A DNA stretch of 57,000 nt from Candidatus Obscuribacter sp. (GCA_021772155.1 JADYXS010000383.1:1-57000), one strand, 5' to 3'. Positions 33,489 through 43,082 are shown, numbered from the stretch's first letter. Notes: generated by a model not told the origin, from the sequence alone. Program-made: numbers and translations.

Positions 33489-35123
33489 CTAATTGTCAGA
33501 TGCACTCTTGGTGCCTTTTATCTTGGCTATGCGCGCTTCGATCGGCTCGGCTTGGTCTCGCAACCCGGCCGCTCTGAGGACGACCGCATAATGCTCGAGC
33601 GCTTTTACGGTCTCTGCGCTGTTTGGTCCGAAGTTCTTCTCGTCGGCGGTGATGACTAGGGTGCAGGTTTTAGCTGCTTTGTCCCACTCCAGACGCCTCT
33701 GGTAATAGTGGCTGAGAGGATCCAGGACGGCAGCCAACTCCTTCGAGTTCTTGCCAAAGTGCTTGGTGGCAATTTCTGCAGCGCGCTTTAGATATGCCTC
33801 GGCCTTCACGTTGACTTCGGAAAAATGCTGTGTGTTGTTCTGCACCGCAGTTGCTAGGGCAACCAGGCTTGGTATCAGTTTGTCGCTGTCTAACCCGGAT
33901 TGTTTTTCTTGCAATGCAAGCAGTTTTGAATAGTATGTAACTGCCTTTGGGTATTGGGCGCAACTATTGTACAGTCCGGCTAGATCTGCCAATGCCGCCG
34001 CATATTCGGAGCTATCTGGGCCAAATTGTTTCTCAGAGTGTGTCATCAGGCGGAAATAAAGTGGTTCTGCCTCGCGATATTGGTTCAGACTTCTTTCGAG
34101 GTCAGCTAACTGCTTAGCATGGTCTAGAACGGCCTTATCTTCCAAGCCCAAAACCGAGTCGGCAAGAGCCTGCGCAGTTTTCCACTTTTCTACAGCTTGT
34201 GCAGGCATGTCTTGCATAAGTAACAGCTGTCCGTATCTTGTGAGGGTCAGAACCTGGAGCATAGGTTCTGAGGTTAGCTCCTGAAGGGCTTGCACAGCCA
34301 ATTTCAGCGCCGCCTCCGCGTCGGAGAATCGTTTGCCGGCCACGGCTTCATCGGCCAGAACAATTTGTTTGTTCCAAATAGCAATTGGGCTCTGAGTCTC
34401 ATTGGCCTTAGCAACTGCCGCTTGTTGGATTGCTTTAGCTTCTTTCGATTTACCCATTGAGCGCAAGCAAGAGGCGTACATGCCGGCAATGGTCGTTGTC
34501 CATTTGTGACTGGCACCAAGGGACTCTGTAGCTACCTGTAATGCGCGCTTAAAATGCGGTTCGCCAAATGCATAGTTACCTTGCGCGAAATACATGGCTC
34601 CTAGATCCGTTTCAACGACCACCACGTAAGGCAACAGCTTCTCATCGCCGGGTTTATCAACAATGGCGAGTGCCTGTTTGAAAAGTGGCTGGGCTAGAGC
34701 GTCTTTGCCTTGATGGACGTACGTTTGAGCGAGATTAATGAGAGCGGGGACGGACTGAAGAGAGTTTTGCCCATAGCCTTTCTGGGCAATGTTAAGACCT
34801 CTTTTGAGGCAGTCTTCGGCGTATTGGTACTGTTTCTCTTCGTTATAGACTTCTCCCATGTTTGTGTAGAGACGAACCATTCGCCCGTCGGAGGGGCCAA
34901 ACTTTTTCCCTCCTTCAATCATCAACTTCGAGAAAGTATCAAATGAACGTGGATTGTCGCCTGTATCGTACGCACGCACACCTAACTTGATGCGTTCTTG
35001 CCAATCGTCAGGCAGTTCCGCCGCTGCGCTTGCGGCAATTGTCGAGGCGAACTGTGATGCTGTGAGCATCGCAATAAGGAACGGGTATGCCAAGCGTCTT
35101 TTTCTGTTTAACATCTGTGTCAT
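33489..35123 (-). CDS. secreted tetratricopeptide (TPR_12-type) repeat protein
   Basis: Signal peptide region MTQMLNRKRRLAYPFLIAMLTASQFASTIAASAAA. At least ten TPR-like units follow (e.g. LINLAQTYVHQGKDALAQPLFKQALAI, LADLAGLYNSCAQYPKAVTYYSKLLAL). The start at 35123 was chosen over the track start at 35171. Confidence 0.85.
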   Translation of the reverse strand: MTQMLNRKRRLAYPFLIAMLTASQFASTIAASAAAELPDDWQERIKLGVRAYDTGDNPRSFDTFSKLMIEGGKKFGPSDGRMVRLYTNMGEVYNEEKQYQYAEDCLKRGLNIAQKGYGQNSLQSVPALINLAQTYVHQGKDALAQPLFKQALAIVDKPGDEKLLPYVVVVETDLGAMYFAQGNYAFGEPHFKRALQVATESLGASHKWTTTIAGMYASCLRSMGKSKEAKAIQQAAVAKANETQSPIAIWNKQIVLADEAVAGKRFSDAEAALKLAVQALQELTSEPMLQVLTLTRYGQLLLMQDMPAQAVEKWKTAQALADSVLGLEDKAVLDHAKQLADLERSLNQYREAEPLYFRLMTHSEKQFGPDSSEYAAALADLAGLYNSCAQYPKAVTYYSKLLALQEKQSGLDSDKLIPSLVALATAVQNNTQHFSEVNVKAEAYLKRAAEIATKHFGKNSKELAAVLDPLSHYYQRRLEWDKAAKTCTLVITADEKNFGPNSAETVKALEHYAVVLRAAGLRDQAEPIEARIAKIKGTKSASDN

Positions 35124-35137
35124 GTCTTTTGAGGGCC

Positions 35138-35647
35138 TCAGTAACCCAAACTCTTGTAGATATCCAACCAAGCACGCTTTTCTTCGGCGTTACACTTGTC
35201 CAGAGTGAGTAACTGCAACTTAAGCGTTTTCTGGGTACCATCCTTCTTCTGAACTATCAAAGTCTCGGTTAGTGTGTTCGGATCGTACATGTGGTAGGAA
35301 GCAAACAGCTCGCGTATCTGCGATCCGTTTGTCGAGTAGCCGTTCACATTGATGATTTCGTCTCCGGGCTCTACACCAGCCTTCTCGGCAGCCTCGCCTG
35401 AGAAAATTCGAGTGACTAGTACTCGCTTAGTGTCTGGTGCTATCGACCAGATAGTGCCATCCACTGCCAAACCGGGGTAAACCTTCTTTTTGATTGGTGC
35501 GTTGGCCAGGAAACGTCCCTCAAAACTTACACAATCAAATTCAAAAACCGGCGTTGTTTCTTCTGCCTGTGCCCGACCGATTGGGCAACATGTTTGCAGA
35601 ATCAACAACAAGGCAATTACAGGTGGCCGGCAAAAAAAATTTCGCAA
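35138..35647 (-). CDS. secreted PDZ domain protein
   Basis: PDZ core VLVTRIFSGEAAEKAGVEPGDEIINVNGYS. A TTG start at 35647 is preceded by GAGG and gives the signal peptide (M)RNFFCRPPVIALLLILQTCCPIGRAQA. The track start is the TTG at 35716. Confidence 0.65.
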   Translation of the reverse strand: MRNFFCRPPVIALLLILQTCCPIGRAQAEETTPVFEFDCVSFEGRFLANAPIKKKVYPGLAVDGTIWSIAPDTKRVLVTRIFSGEAAEKAGVEPGDEIINVNGYSTNGSQIRELFASYHMYDPNTLTETLIVQKKDGTQKTLKLQLLTLDKCNAEEKRAWLDIYKSLGY

Positions 35648-35833
35648 AACAGCAACCTCACTGTGATATTGAACCACTGTCTCAATACCCCAGTGTTGCC
35701 AGCCTGAAACACCCAATGGGTAAACAATGTTTGGATCGCTGTCGGATTAGAGAGGCGAACGATATCGACTTCAACCTGTAAACATGGTTTGAACAAGCGA
35801 TATCACAGGCTGGCAGCACGATAACCCGAGAGT

Positions 35834-36592
35834 TTATTTTATCGTCTTCAAGCGCCTGCTATTGAACACGTCACCAGGTGTTATTGTCGGTTCGGTCACC
35901 GGCACATTTTTGCCATAGCGCTCTTCGACGAGGCGTTTTACAAGAGGGTCCGTCAAGTCGAAGTCGCCGACCATTTTGACCTTGCCAATCTTCTGTCTGG
36001 TGGCTTCGTAGTACGCTTTCCACACTAGCTCAGAGCAGTACATTTTGTCGTTGCCCCAACCGAATTTGTGGTCGTAGGGTTTGCCGACGTTGCCTTCCAT
36101 GTACTCGCGCATTTTCTTCAGCGCGTCAGGGGTGAGCGCAGCCTCATCATTCAAGCGGCGCACCGCGTACGTTTCGCCGTTTGCTGTTTTCGCAAAATCC
36201 TTCAACAATGTTTTATTGACCGGATCCACAGCTTCGTAGACATACCAGTCCTTGCCTTCTTTGAATAAGATGCCGCAGTGAGTCATTGGCGACTTCGACA
36301 CAATCTGAATAGCTTTGGCTTCGTCAAATGCTGATGACGACTGGAAAATAATATCGCCGTCTTTGAGCGAAGTCTCGGCGGGCAAGGTTTTTGAAAGAGC
36401 GGCTTTGGCATCCGCCACGTCAGGTCTGCGATCACGATGGCTTATGAACGCTGCTTCTGCAGTAAGACTGGATTTTTCTTGAAAGAGTGCCACTAGATTT
36501 AATGGCTCTTTGGTGTCAATTTCTTCTTCGTTCCGCAATGCCTGGTCAGAACGTTCAGGAGGGAATCGAGCTTCGAAAGTACTTAGCGCCAT
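35834..36592 (-). CDS. YiiX/YebB-like permuted NlpC/P60 cysteine hydrolase
   Basis: GDIIFQSSS..AIQIVSKSPMTHCGILF..WYVYEA.., GKPYDHKFGWGNDKMYCSELVWKAYYEA. GGAGG lies 6 nt upstream of the ATG at 36592 (the track start at 36625 is a TTG). Confidence 0.75.
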   Translation of the reverse strand: MALSTFEARFPPERSDQALRNEEEIDTKEPLNLVALFQEKSSLTAEAAFISHRDRRPDVADAKAALSKTLPAETSLKDGDIIFQSSSAFDEAKAIQIVSKSPMTHCGILFKEGKDWYVYEAVDPVNKTLLKDFAKTANGETYAVRRLNDEAALTPDALKKMREYMEGNVGKPYDHKFGWGNDKMYCSELVWKAYYEATRQKIGKVKMVGDFDLTDPLVKRLVEERYGKNVPVTEPTITPGDVFNSRRLKTIK

Positions 36593-36731
36593 TGTTGGCC
36601 TCCAGAATCGGAGATGATGGATCAATCGCCGCCACGATGGATTCTCGAAACTCCAATTAAGAGCCTAGGTTCGAATAGCGACCTTGTAAATGCGTAAATA
36701 CACAGATCCGATTGGCTCGCAGATCACGATC

Positions 36732-37340
36732 TTACGCGGAGGGTCGTGCAAGTCGTCTTAGCTTTCTCACGAAATCCGGATTAACCAGGCAGACGCCGTC
36801 TACGCAATCGCTTGCTGCCACTTCGTTTAGAATTTCTTTTTCATGCGGCATTAGTGGCAAGGTCAATAATCCTGTCGGCAAAACTCGTGCTGTACTCAAG
36901 CTTGCTGTAGTTACCATGACCTCTAACACCTGTTTGGCAATACCTGGATCAAGCCAGACTGCGCCCAGTTTGACGCTGCTGATGGCCATTTTGAGACCCT
37001 TGGGAGGATTTCCATTTAGTACATAGCCATCGGCGCCGGCATCCATTGCTGCAAAAATATCTGCCGGCGTATCACTGGCAGTGGAGATCAATACCCGCAC
37101 CTGCGAATGCGATTTTCTGATCTGTTTGGTCAGCTCGATGCCGTCCAAATCTTGCGAACTTAATTCAAGGAGAACTACGTCAATGTGTTTGTCATTGAGC
37201 TTTTGCAGCGCCTCTGCTGAATTGGCTGCTGCATCTGCAAGTGATAAATCCGGAGATTCATTGAAGAATGCATGTAGAGCGAGACTGCTTTCAGCACTGC
37301 TGCCGACAGATAGAACTTGAATTGGAGTGTGGTTTGTCAT
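36732..37340 (-). CDS. atypical response-regulator homolog (pseudo-receiver domain, degenerate LuxR-like C-terminus)
   Basis: The receiver-like fold aligns to NarL-type regulators: HIDVVLLELSSQDLDGIELTKQIR..VRVLISTAS..AMDAGADGYVLNG.
- The acidic pair is replaced by VG (QVLSVGSS).
- The phospho-acceptor position is Glu (aa 59, nt 37164-37166).
- The conserved Lys position is Asn.
- The C-terminal LMPHEKEILNEVAAS only weakly resembles a LuxR HTH. Confidence 0.7.
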   Translation of the reverse strand: MTNHTPIQVLSVGSSAESSLALHAFFNESPDLSLADAAANSAEALQKLNDKHIDVVLLELSSQDLDGIELTKQIRKSHSQVRVLISTASDTPADIFAAMDAGADGYVLNGNPPKGLKMAISSVKLGAVWLDPGIAKQVLEVMVTTASLSTARVLPTGLLTLPLMPHEKEILNEVAASDCVDGVCLVNPDFVRKLRRLARPSA

Positions 37341-37512
37341 CGGATTACTTCGTGGATGAATCTAACGCGACCTAATCGTAGCAACCATAGTTGTTTATAG
37401 TTACAGAAAAAATTCCCTAAAATAGCGATTAATCTTATGTCCATATTTCGTAGAATACATGATGACAGAACAGAACGCTGACCGGGTTCACGGGACTGAG
37501 TTCGAACGAGAA

Positions 37513-37542
37513 GCGCCATTCAGTCCAAGGACCGAATGGCGC
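37513..37542 (-). terminator. putative terminator hairpin (9-bp perfect stem)
   Basis: GCGCCATTC-N12-GAATGGCGC lies immediately downstream of the minus-strand stop at 37545. On the minus strand it is followed by TTCTCGTTCG. Confidence 0.5.
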
Positions 37543-37544
37543 AC

Positions 37545-37733
37545 TTATCGAGGCACCAGAAGTGCCACTCCAATCAAGCTTGTGGCAAGACCGAAGAGGA
37601 GTAATCCGAGTGGAAGCAAAACTACAATGAAATCTTGTTCGCGGTTTGTTGGGAATTTGGCATTCTTCCACAATAGAAAGAGAGCCAGCACGATCGCCAA
37701 AACTCCGCCAACAATCATTAGCCAGCCTTTCAT
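37545..37733 (-). CDS. small two-TM membrane protein (62 aa)
   Basis: MKGWLMIVGGVLAIVLALFLLWKNAKFPTNREQDFIVVLLPLGLLLFGLATSLIGVALLVPR. It sits between the discoidin gene and a hairpin. The SD is weak. Confidence 0.45.
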   Translation of the reverse strand: MKGWLMIVGGVLAIVLALFLLWKNAKFPTNREQDFIVVLLPLGLLLFGLATSLIGVALLVPR

Positions 37734-37763
37734 AGTAACAAGATTAGCATAACCCTGAAAGGC

Positions 37764-38309
37764 TCACTCAATTTCAATCTCGCCTATTGCTACATCGCCA
37801 TAAGAATTGAGCTTGCCTTGGTCTTGCAGGCTGGTGATGCGGATTTTTCGGACATGCGCGATTGGCGCTTTGGGCGAATACTCGATATCGTGAGTTGCAT
37901 TTGTCGACTCACCAACCCAACTCTTAAGGACCTTATCGCTCTTATCCAAAAGTTCGAAGCGCACTAAAGTTATCGAATATCCGACACGCCAGGACGGCTC
38001 TCTATTTCCTAACTGAGTGATCCGCCTGACCTTCTCGTCTGAAGGGAACTCTATCTCAATCCATGGACTTTTACCCAGCGCTGTGGAGTCTTGACCGGCG
38101 GAAAACCATGATGTCTGCGGATTCCCATCAATCATCCGCTGCGCGGGCCAGCCGCTATAACTTGAACTGGTGCGCAATATCACTGACGCCCCGTATTCCT
38201 TTAGCAACCAGTTGCTGTTTCCCTTATCACTTGCATCTGCAGCCGCATCGGCGACACAAGCACCCGCCATTAAGAATGCCAACGTCACGGCAGCACCCAG
38301 CCATCTCAT
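37764..38309 (-). CDS. secreted discoidin (F5/8 type C, galactose-binding-like) domain protein
   Basis: GGAGG lies 9 nt upstream of the ATG at 38309. Signal peptide MRWLGAAVTLAFLMAGACVADA. Discoidin pattern SSSYSGWPAQRMIDGNPQTSWFS..SPWIEIEF..KVRRI. Confidence 0.75.
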   Translation of the reverse strand: MRWLGAAVTLAFLMAGACVADAAADASDKGNSNWLLKEYGASVILRTSSSYSGWPAQRMIDGNPQTSWFSAGQDSTALGKSPWIEIEFPSDEKVRRITQLGNREPSWRVGYSITLVRFELLDKSDKVLKSWVGESTNATHDIEYSPKAPIAHVRKIRITSLQDQGKLNSYGDVAIGEIEIE

Positions 38310-38732
38310 AGACAACTACCTCCGTTTTTACGTTCATTCTCGTTGCGCTACCTGTTTATCCCAACTGGGTAAAGGATAGTTTCGATGATTGAAAAACCCT
38401 GGTCCGGAAGACTTTGACACGGCATGTAACATCGGCGATCGAGGCACGCTGTTACTTGCGGCGCATTCCGCGGGAGTCTTGGTTGCGTACACTTCGAAAG
38501 AGTGCCATCGAGACTCTTCATCAAGCGCGTGTTTTTGCAAGTGACCTATGGTTCATTCCACAAAATGCGTCGTGATCGCTCATTGCTCAAAGTCCTCCAA
38601 TGTATTTCGTCAGAGAATGACTGATGCGCAGTGATCAAATCGTGAAATGACGATCGCTTTATCGGGTCGACCTGTTTGTTAATACATGGGTTGTGGTAAA
38701 GGAGCCTTATACCGGAGTGGTGGCGTCAGGTG

Positions 38733-39983
38733 ATGGCTAGAAACGAGTACTTGAAGCGTCTTGGGATCCGAAGGAATCAGCTGGCAAAGGTCGCCGCCGT
38801 ATCGATTTGTCTTTCTCAAGCCGGACTGGCTGTTTCAGCCCTCGGTCCGGTAGATGAAACTGCATTGCGAAGTGCGTGGGCGCTTTATAACCAACATAAA
38901 TTAGCAGCATCGGCGGATGCCTTCGAAACATTGATTCGCACTTCAGCGCCTAACGCCAGGCTCTATTATTATGCAGCATTAGCCTGCAGAGGCAACAATC
39001 GAAACGCACGAGCAAAGCAATTGTGCCAGTACTTGATTGCGAACTTTCCGACAACGACCGAAGCCGATTATGCCCAAAAAATGTACCCGGGCTCTGGCAC
39101 TGCGTCTAATACTGCAGGCGCGTCTGACACATTGCCGGAATCTTTGCGTGGCAAGAACATTCAAGAGCTTATGAAGACTGAGGAAGGAAGGAAGGCGGTC
39201 CAGGACGCAATCGCAAAAAAGGAAGCAGCAGCAGCGTCGGCCGCTGCCAAAATATCGCCGATGATGGCCAAGAGCAAAGGCGGGCGATCAGGCGAACGCG
39301 TGTTTAGTACTGCCGATATTGCCAAAGATGGTGCTGGCGGCATAGACCAAATGTATTATCCTAATTGCTGGTTCGAAAGTTCGATGTCCGCTTTGGCTAT
39401 GCTTCCACGCGGCCAAAAGTTGATGGCGGAAATGATTCGATATGGTGCAAAGGAAGGCACATTCGTCGTTCGTTTTCCTGGCGATGGTAAAGAGTACACC
39501 ATCACCGAAGAGAAGCTCGAGAAGACAGGTGTGCACGACAAAGCGTTGTGGGCGACGCTAATCGAGTGCGCCCAAACTTATAAGTTTCCAGATGATAATG
39601 GCGGGCAGCTTCATGAAGGGCTAGGCTACCTCACCGGACGGCCGGCAGAATATATCTCTCCTGGTAGTGCGTCCGATCAAGAGCTCTCGTTGTTCATTGA
39701 CGGCGCAGTCAAATCTCAAAATCCGATAGTTTGTGGCTCGCAGGATTACACCTCTGGACTGCCACATTTGGTAGTTACCGGACACGCGTATACTATCGTC
39801 GGTTTCGATGCTGCAAAAGGGATGATCAAGATCAGAAATCCGCACGGCGCCAACTCCGAACGTTTTACTCTGAAGAATGACCCAAATCACCAAAAATTCG
39901 AGCAGCTAGATGACGGCTTGTTTAAAATTCACGTGTCTCTCTTCAAGCAATACTTTGATCAAGTTGCGCGCTCGTTTATATGA
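38733..39983 (+). CDS. secreted calpain-like (peptidase C2 family) cysteine protease, paralog 1
   Basis: Signal-like N-terminus and a TPR-like helical module. The catalytic-core motifs match the calpain triad context: YPNCWFESSMSALA (Cys codon TGC at 39366-39368), VVTGHAYTIVGFD (His) and IKIRNPHGANS (Asn). Confidence 0.8.
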   Translation: MARNEYLKRLGIRRNQLAKVAAVSICLSQAGLAVSALGPVDETALRSAWALYNQHKLAASADAFETLIRTSAPNARLYYYAALACRGNNRNARAKQLCQYLIANFPTTTEADYAQKMYPGSGTASNTAGASDTLPESLRGKNIQELMKTEEGRKAVQDAIAKKEAAAASAAAKISPMMAKSKGGRSGERVFSTADIAKDGAGGIDQMYYPNCWFESSMSALAMLPRGQKLMAEMIRYGAKEGTFVVRFPGDGKEYTITEEKLEKTGVHDKALWATLIECAQTYKFPDDNGGQLHEGLGYLTGRPAEYISPGSASDQELSLFIDGAVKSQNPIVCGSQDYTSGLPHLVVTGHAYTIVGFDAAKGMIKIRNPHGANSERFTLKNDPNHQKFEQLDDGLFKIHVSLFKQYFDQVARSFI

Positions 39984-39993
39984 GAATTGGGAG

Positions 39994-41241
39994 ATGAACA
40001 GAAAAAGAAGTGCCCTCTTCGGAAGGAACCGAGTTCCACAGTTAGCAAAGGCTGTCGTTGTTTTGCTAATCATTTCTCAAACTTGCTTATCCGGTTCAGC
40101 GCTCGGTCCCGTCGACGAATCTGCCTTGCGAAATGCATGGGCGCTGTGTACTCAGCAAAAGTATGCCGCAGCAGCCGATGCATTTGAAGCGTTGATTCGC
40201 ACTTCGACTCCCAACGCCCGGCTTTATTATTATGCAGCAGCAGCAAATAGAAGTAGCAACCGGGTTGCACGAGCAAAGCAGCTATGCCAATACGTCATCG
40301 CTAATTTTCCCAAAAGTCCTGAAGCTGCTAACGCACTAAAACTTTTCCCGGCCGCTGCGTCTAGTACCGCGAGCGCATCAGGTGAATTGCCGGAAAGTTT
40401 GAAAACCAAGAATCTTGAAGAGCTGATGCAGACTGAAGAGGGACGAAAGCAGTTAAAGGAAGCTCTCAAGAAGCAGGAAGGGAGCGCCGTTGCTTCGACC
40501 ACAGTCGCAGCAAGCGCATCACCCCTGTCGGCCAAGGGTAGCGGTGGAAAAAAAGTTGACCAGGTGTTCACGGTTGAGGACATCTCTAAAGATGGTGTTG
40601 GGGGCATAAGCCACTTTGGGCAGAATCCGGATAGCTGGCTAGAGTGCTCAATGGCTGCTCTAGCGATGTCTCCACGCGGACAGAAATTGATAGCAGCAAT
40701 GATACGCAGTTCGGGCGGGCAAGGTACCTACATTGTGCGCTTTCCCGGCGAGGCCTTGGAGTATACTCTCACCCAGCAAAAAATTGAGGCATGCAGAGTG
40801 CACGACAAGGCGCTGTGGGCAACACTGATTCATTGCGCGCAGATTACGCAAGCTAACAGTGACGAAAGTATCGAAGGTGGGTTGTCCTTCCTTACGGGAA
40901 GGAAGGCAGAAAAAATGCAGGCAGGTACAACTGAGCAAACGGTACTTTCGTTTATTCGAGACGCTGTCAAATCGCAAAATCCAATCGTTTGCGAATCAGC
41001 AGACGACTTCGGGACGTCGCCAGAACTGGTGGAGCCCAATCACGCCTACACCATCACAGATTTCGATCCGGCGACGAACATGATCACTATTAGAAATCCA
41101 CACGGCGCCAATTCTAGACGTTTCAGGCTGAAAACTGATCCTCAGTATCATCAGTTCGAGCAACTAAATGATGGTGTGTTTAAAATGCACATCTCGCTTT
41201 TCCGGAATTACTTCAAGGAAGTGGCACGCTCGTCGTTTTAA
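39994..41241 (+). CDS. calpain-like (C2) paralog 2 with the nucleophile Cys replaced by Ser
   Basis: GGGAG lies just upstream of the ATG at 39994, 11 nt after the paralog 1 stop. The architecture matches paralog 1. The aligned nucleophile motif is NPDSWLECSMAALA (AGC Ser at 40633-40635, with a Cys three residues downstream at 40645-40647). His (NHAYTITDFD) and Asn (IRNPHGANS) are retained. Confidence 0.8.
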   Translation: MNRKRSALFGRNRVPQLAKAVVVLLIISQTCLSGSALGPVDESALRNAWALCTQQKYAAAADAFEALIRTSTPNARLYYYAAAANRSSNRVARAKQLCQYVIANFPKSPEAANALKLFPAAASSTASASGELPESLKTKNLEELMQTEEGRKQLKEALKKQEGSAVASTTVAASASPLSAKGSGGKKVDQVFTVEDISKDGVGGISHFGQNPDSWLECSMAALAMSPRGQKLIAAMIRSSGGQGTYIVRFPGEALEYTLTQQKIEACRVHDKALWATLIHCAQITQANSDESIEGGLSFLTGRKAEKMQAGTTEQTVLSFIRDAVKSQNPIVCESADDFGTSPELVEPNHAYTITDFDPATNMITIRNPHGANSRRFRLKTDPQYHQFEQLNDGVFKMHISLFRNYFKEVARSSF

Positions 41242-43082
41242 GGCCTACTCGCTGAGGACAAGGCTGCCTTGGCTGCGATCCACTGTTCCATCTGAGTCTG
41301 TAGAACATCTAGCGGCACCGCTCCTGTGCTCATTATGGCATCGTGAAATGAGCGGACGTCGAACTTTTCGCCAAGTTCGGTACGGGCCTTTTTCTTCAGT
41401 GCTTGGAATTTGATCTCGCCGATTTTGTAAGCTAGCGCTTGACCGGGCCAAACGATGTAACGATCGACTTCGACCTCGATATCATGATCGGACTTGCCGC
41501 AATTTTCCTTGAAAAAGTCGATTGCTTTCTGCCTTGTCCAACCCATTGAGTGGATGCCTGTGTCCAGGACCAGTCGCGTTGCCCGCCACGTATCATATGT
41601 CAGTTGCCCAAACTGAGAGTATGGGTCTTTGTACAGGCCGAGGTCTTTTCCGAGACTTTCCGAATACAATCCCCAGCCTTCCGTGTAGGCGGTGAAGTGT
41701 CCGTGCCTGCGGAACTTCGGCAAATTGTCCATTTCCTGCGAAAGCGCTATTTGCAGATGGTGCCCAGGTACTGCTTCATGCAAGGTGAGCGCTTCCATCT
41801 CCCACTTTGGACGCGTTTTGAGATCATAAGTATTTGCACAGAAGATTCCTGCGCGGCCAGGCGTAAGGCTCCCTGACCGATAGTAAGCCGTAGGCTGCGA
41901 TTTCTCGGAAAAGGATGGTACTGCTTCGATTCCATATGGCAGCCGCGGGAGCTTGCCGAACTGCTTGATCAGCTCAGGGTCGATTCTCTTTCCTATGTCG
42001 CGATAACCGGCAAGCAGTTCCTCTTTTTGATCAAAGAAGAAGCGTCGGTCCGACCGGACATAAGTGCAAAACTCCTTAAAGCTTCCTTTGAAGCCTGTTT
42101 TGGTGATTAGCTCATCCATCGCCGCTCGGAGGCGCTTCACTTCCGCCAAACCTATCTCATGAATTTCGGCCGGTGTGAGAGCAGTTGTGGTGCTTGCGCG
42201 AACTCGATGCGCGTACCAATTTTTCCCATCGGGAAGGTCTGACAGTGCCAGATTTTCACGAGCTCCCGGAAGATACTCGTTGACGAAGAACTCCACTAGT
42301 TTGCGATAGGCGGGCACCACGTCGTCGCGTACGATACCAGATGCGGTGGCTCGCAGTCGTTCTTGCTCGGCAGTCGCAATGGTGCTGGGGAATTTCTTGA
42401 ATGATTCAAGTAGCGGGCTTGTAAGCGGATCATCAACGATTTGAGCTTTGATCTGCTGCGGTACGTCGCGTAGCGTAATTTTCGGTGGTGTAACTTTTGC
42501 CTTAAGACCAGCCTTCATCAGAACCATTGTTTGGTCGATGACCGTTGGCACTCCTCGCAAGCGAGAGATAATGTCTTCGTAGTCTTTAACCGTGCTTGTC
42601 GGGTTCTCCGTCAACGTGTTGGCGGCACATTCCTGTATGCCCTCCAGCTGGTTTAGAGGCATGAGTTCATCAGGGAATCTTCGTCCCTCGATCCCTGACC
42701 GCAGCCGGTAGTTGAAGATGTCATAGCTCAACTGATCTTCTTGGTTAAGCTTAGCCCGATCGATGCTCTGCAAAGCTTTGAGCGGCGCGTCTAGCTCGCG
42801 TTTGCGGCGGTTAATGGCTTCCAGCGAAAGGTCGGTCCAGCGCCCATTTTGCCCCGGGTAGCCGACACTAGTTGCCCATTCCGGGTACTCCGTCATCTGG
42901 TTCTGCCAGTTGATATCGAACAATTGCCAGAGCCGATCATGCTCGGCCGTCTTGCCTGCGCTGGAAGTTAGATTGGCACAAGCCAACTCGTAGGGCGATA
43001 GCGAAGCGGAATGAACCCGACTCGCTGTTGTTAACCATAGAAGCACCATTAACTGGGCAGCGAATGGACAAAGTTTTATCAT
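41238..43082 (-). CDS. DUF885 domain-containing protein (secreted)
   Basis: DUF885 hallmark ALTLHEAVPGHHLQIALSQE plus YTEGWGLYSE. GGAG lies 6 nt upstream of the ATG at 43082, giving the signal peptide MIKLCPFAAQLMVLLWLTTASRVHSAS. The track start is the TTG at 43160. Confidence 0.88.
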   Translation of the reverse strand: MIKLCPFAAQLMVLLWLTTASRVHSASLSPYELACANLTSSAGKTAEHDRLWQLFDINWQNQMTEYPEWATSVGYPGQNGRWTDLSLEAINRRKRELDAPLKALQSIDRAKLNQEDQLSYDIFNYRLRSGIEGRRFPDELMPLNQLEGIQECAANTLTENPTSTVKDYEDIISRLRGVPTVIDQTMVLMKAGLKAKVTPPKITLRDVPQQIKAQIVDDPLTSPLLESFKKFPSTIATAEQERLRATASGIVRDDVVPAYRKLVEFFVNEYLPGARENLALSDLPDGKNWYAHRVRASTTTALTPAEIHEIGLAEVKRLRAAMDELITKTGFKGSFKEFCTYVRSDRRFFFDQKEELLAGYRDIGKRIDPELIKQFGKLPRLPYGIEAVPSFSEKSQPTAYYRSGSLTPGRAGIFCANTYDLKTRPKWEMEALTLHEAVPGHHLQIALSQEMDNLPKFRRHGHFTAYTEGWGLYSESLGKDLGLYKDPYSQFGQLTYDTWRATRLVLDTGIHSMGWTRQKAIDFFKENCGKSDHDIEVEVDRYIVWPGQALAYKIGEIKFQALKKKARTELGEKFDVRSFHDAIMSTGAVPLDVLQTQMEQWIAAKAALSSASRP

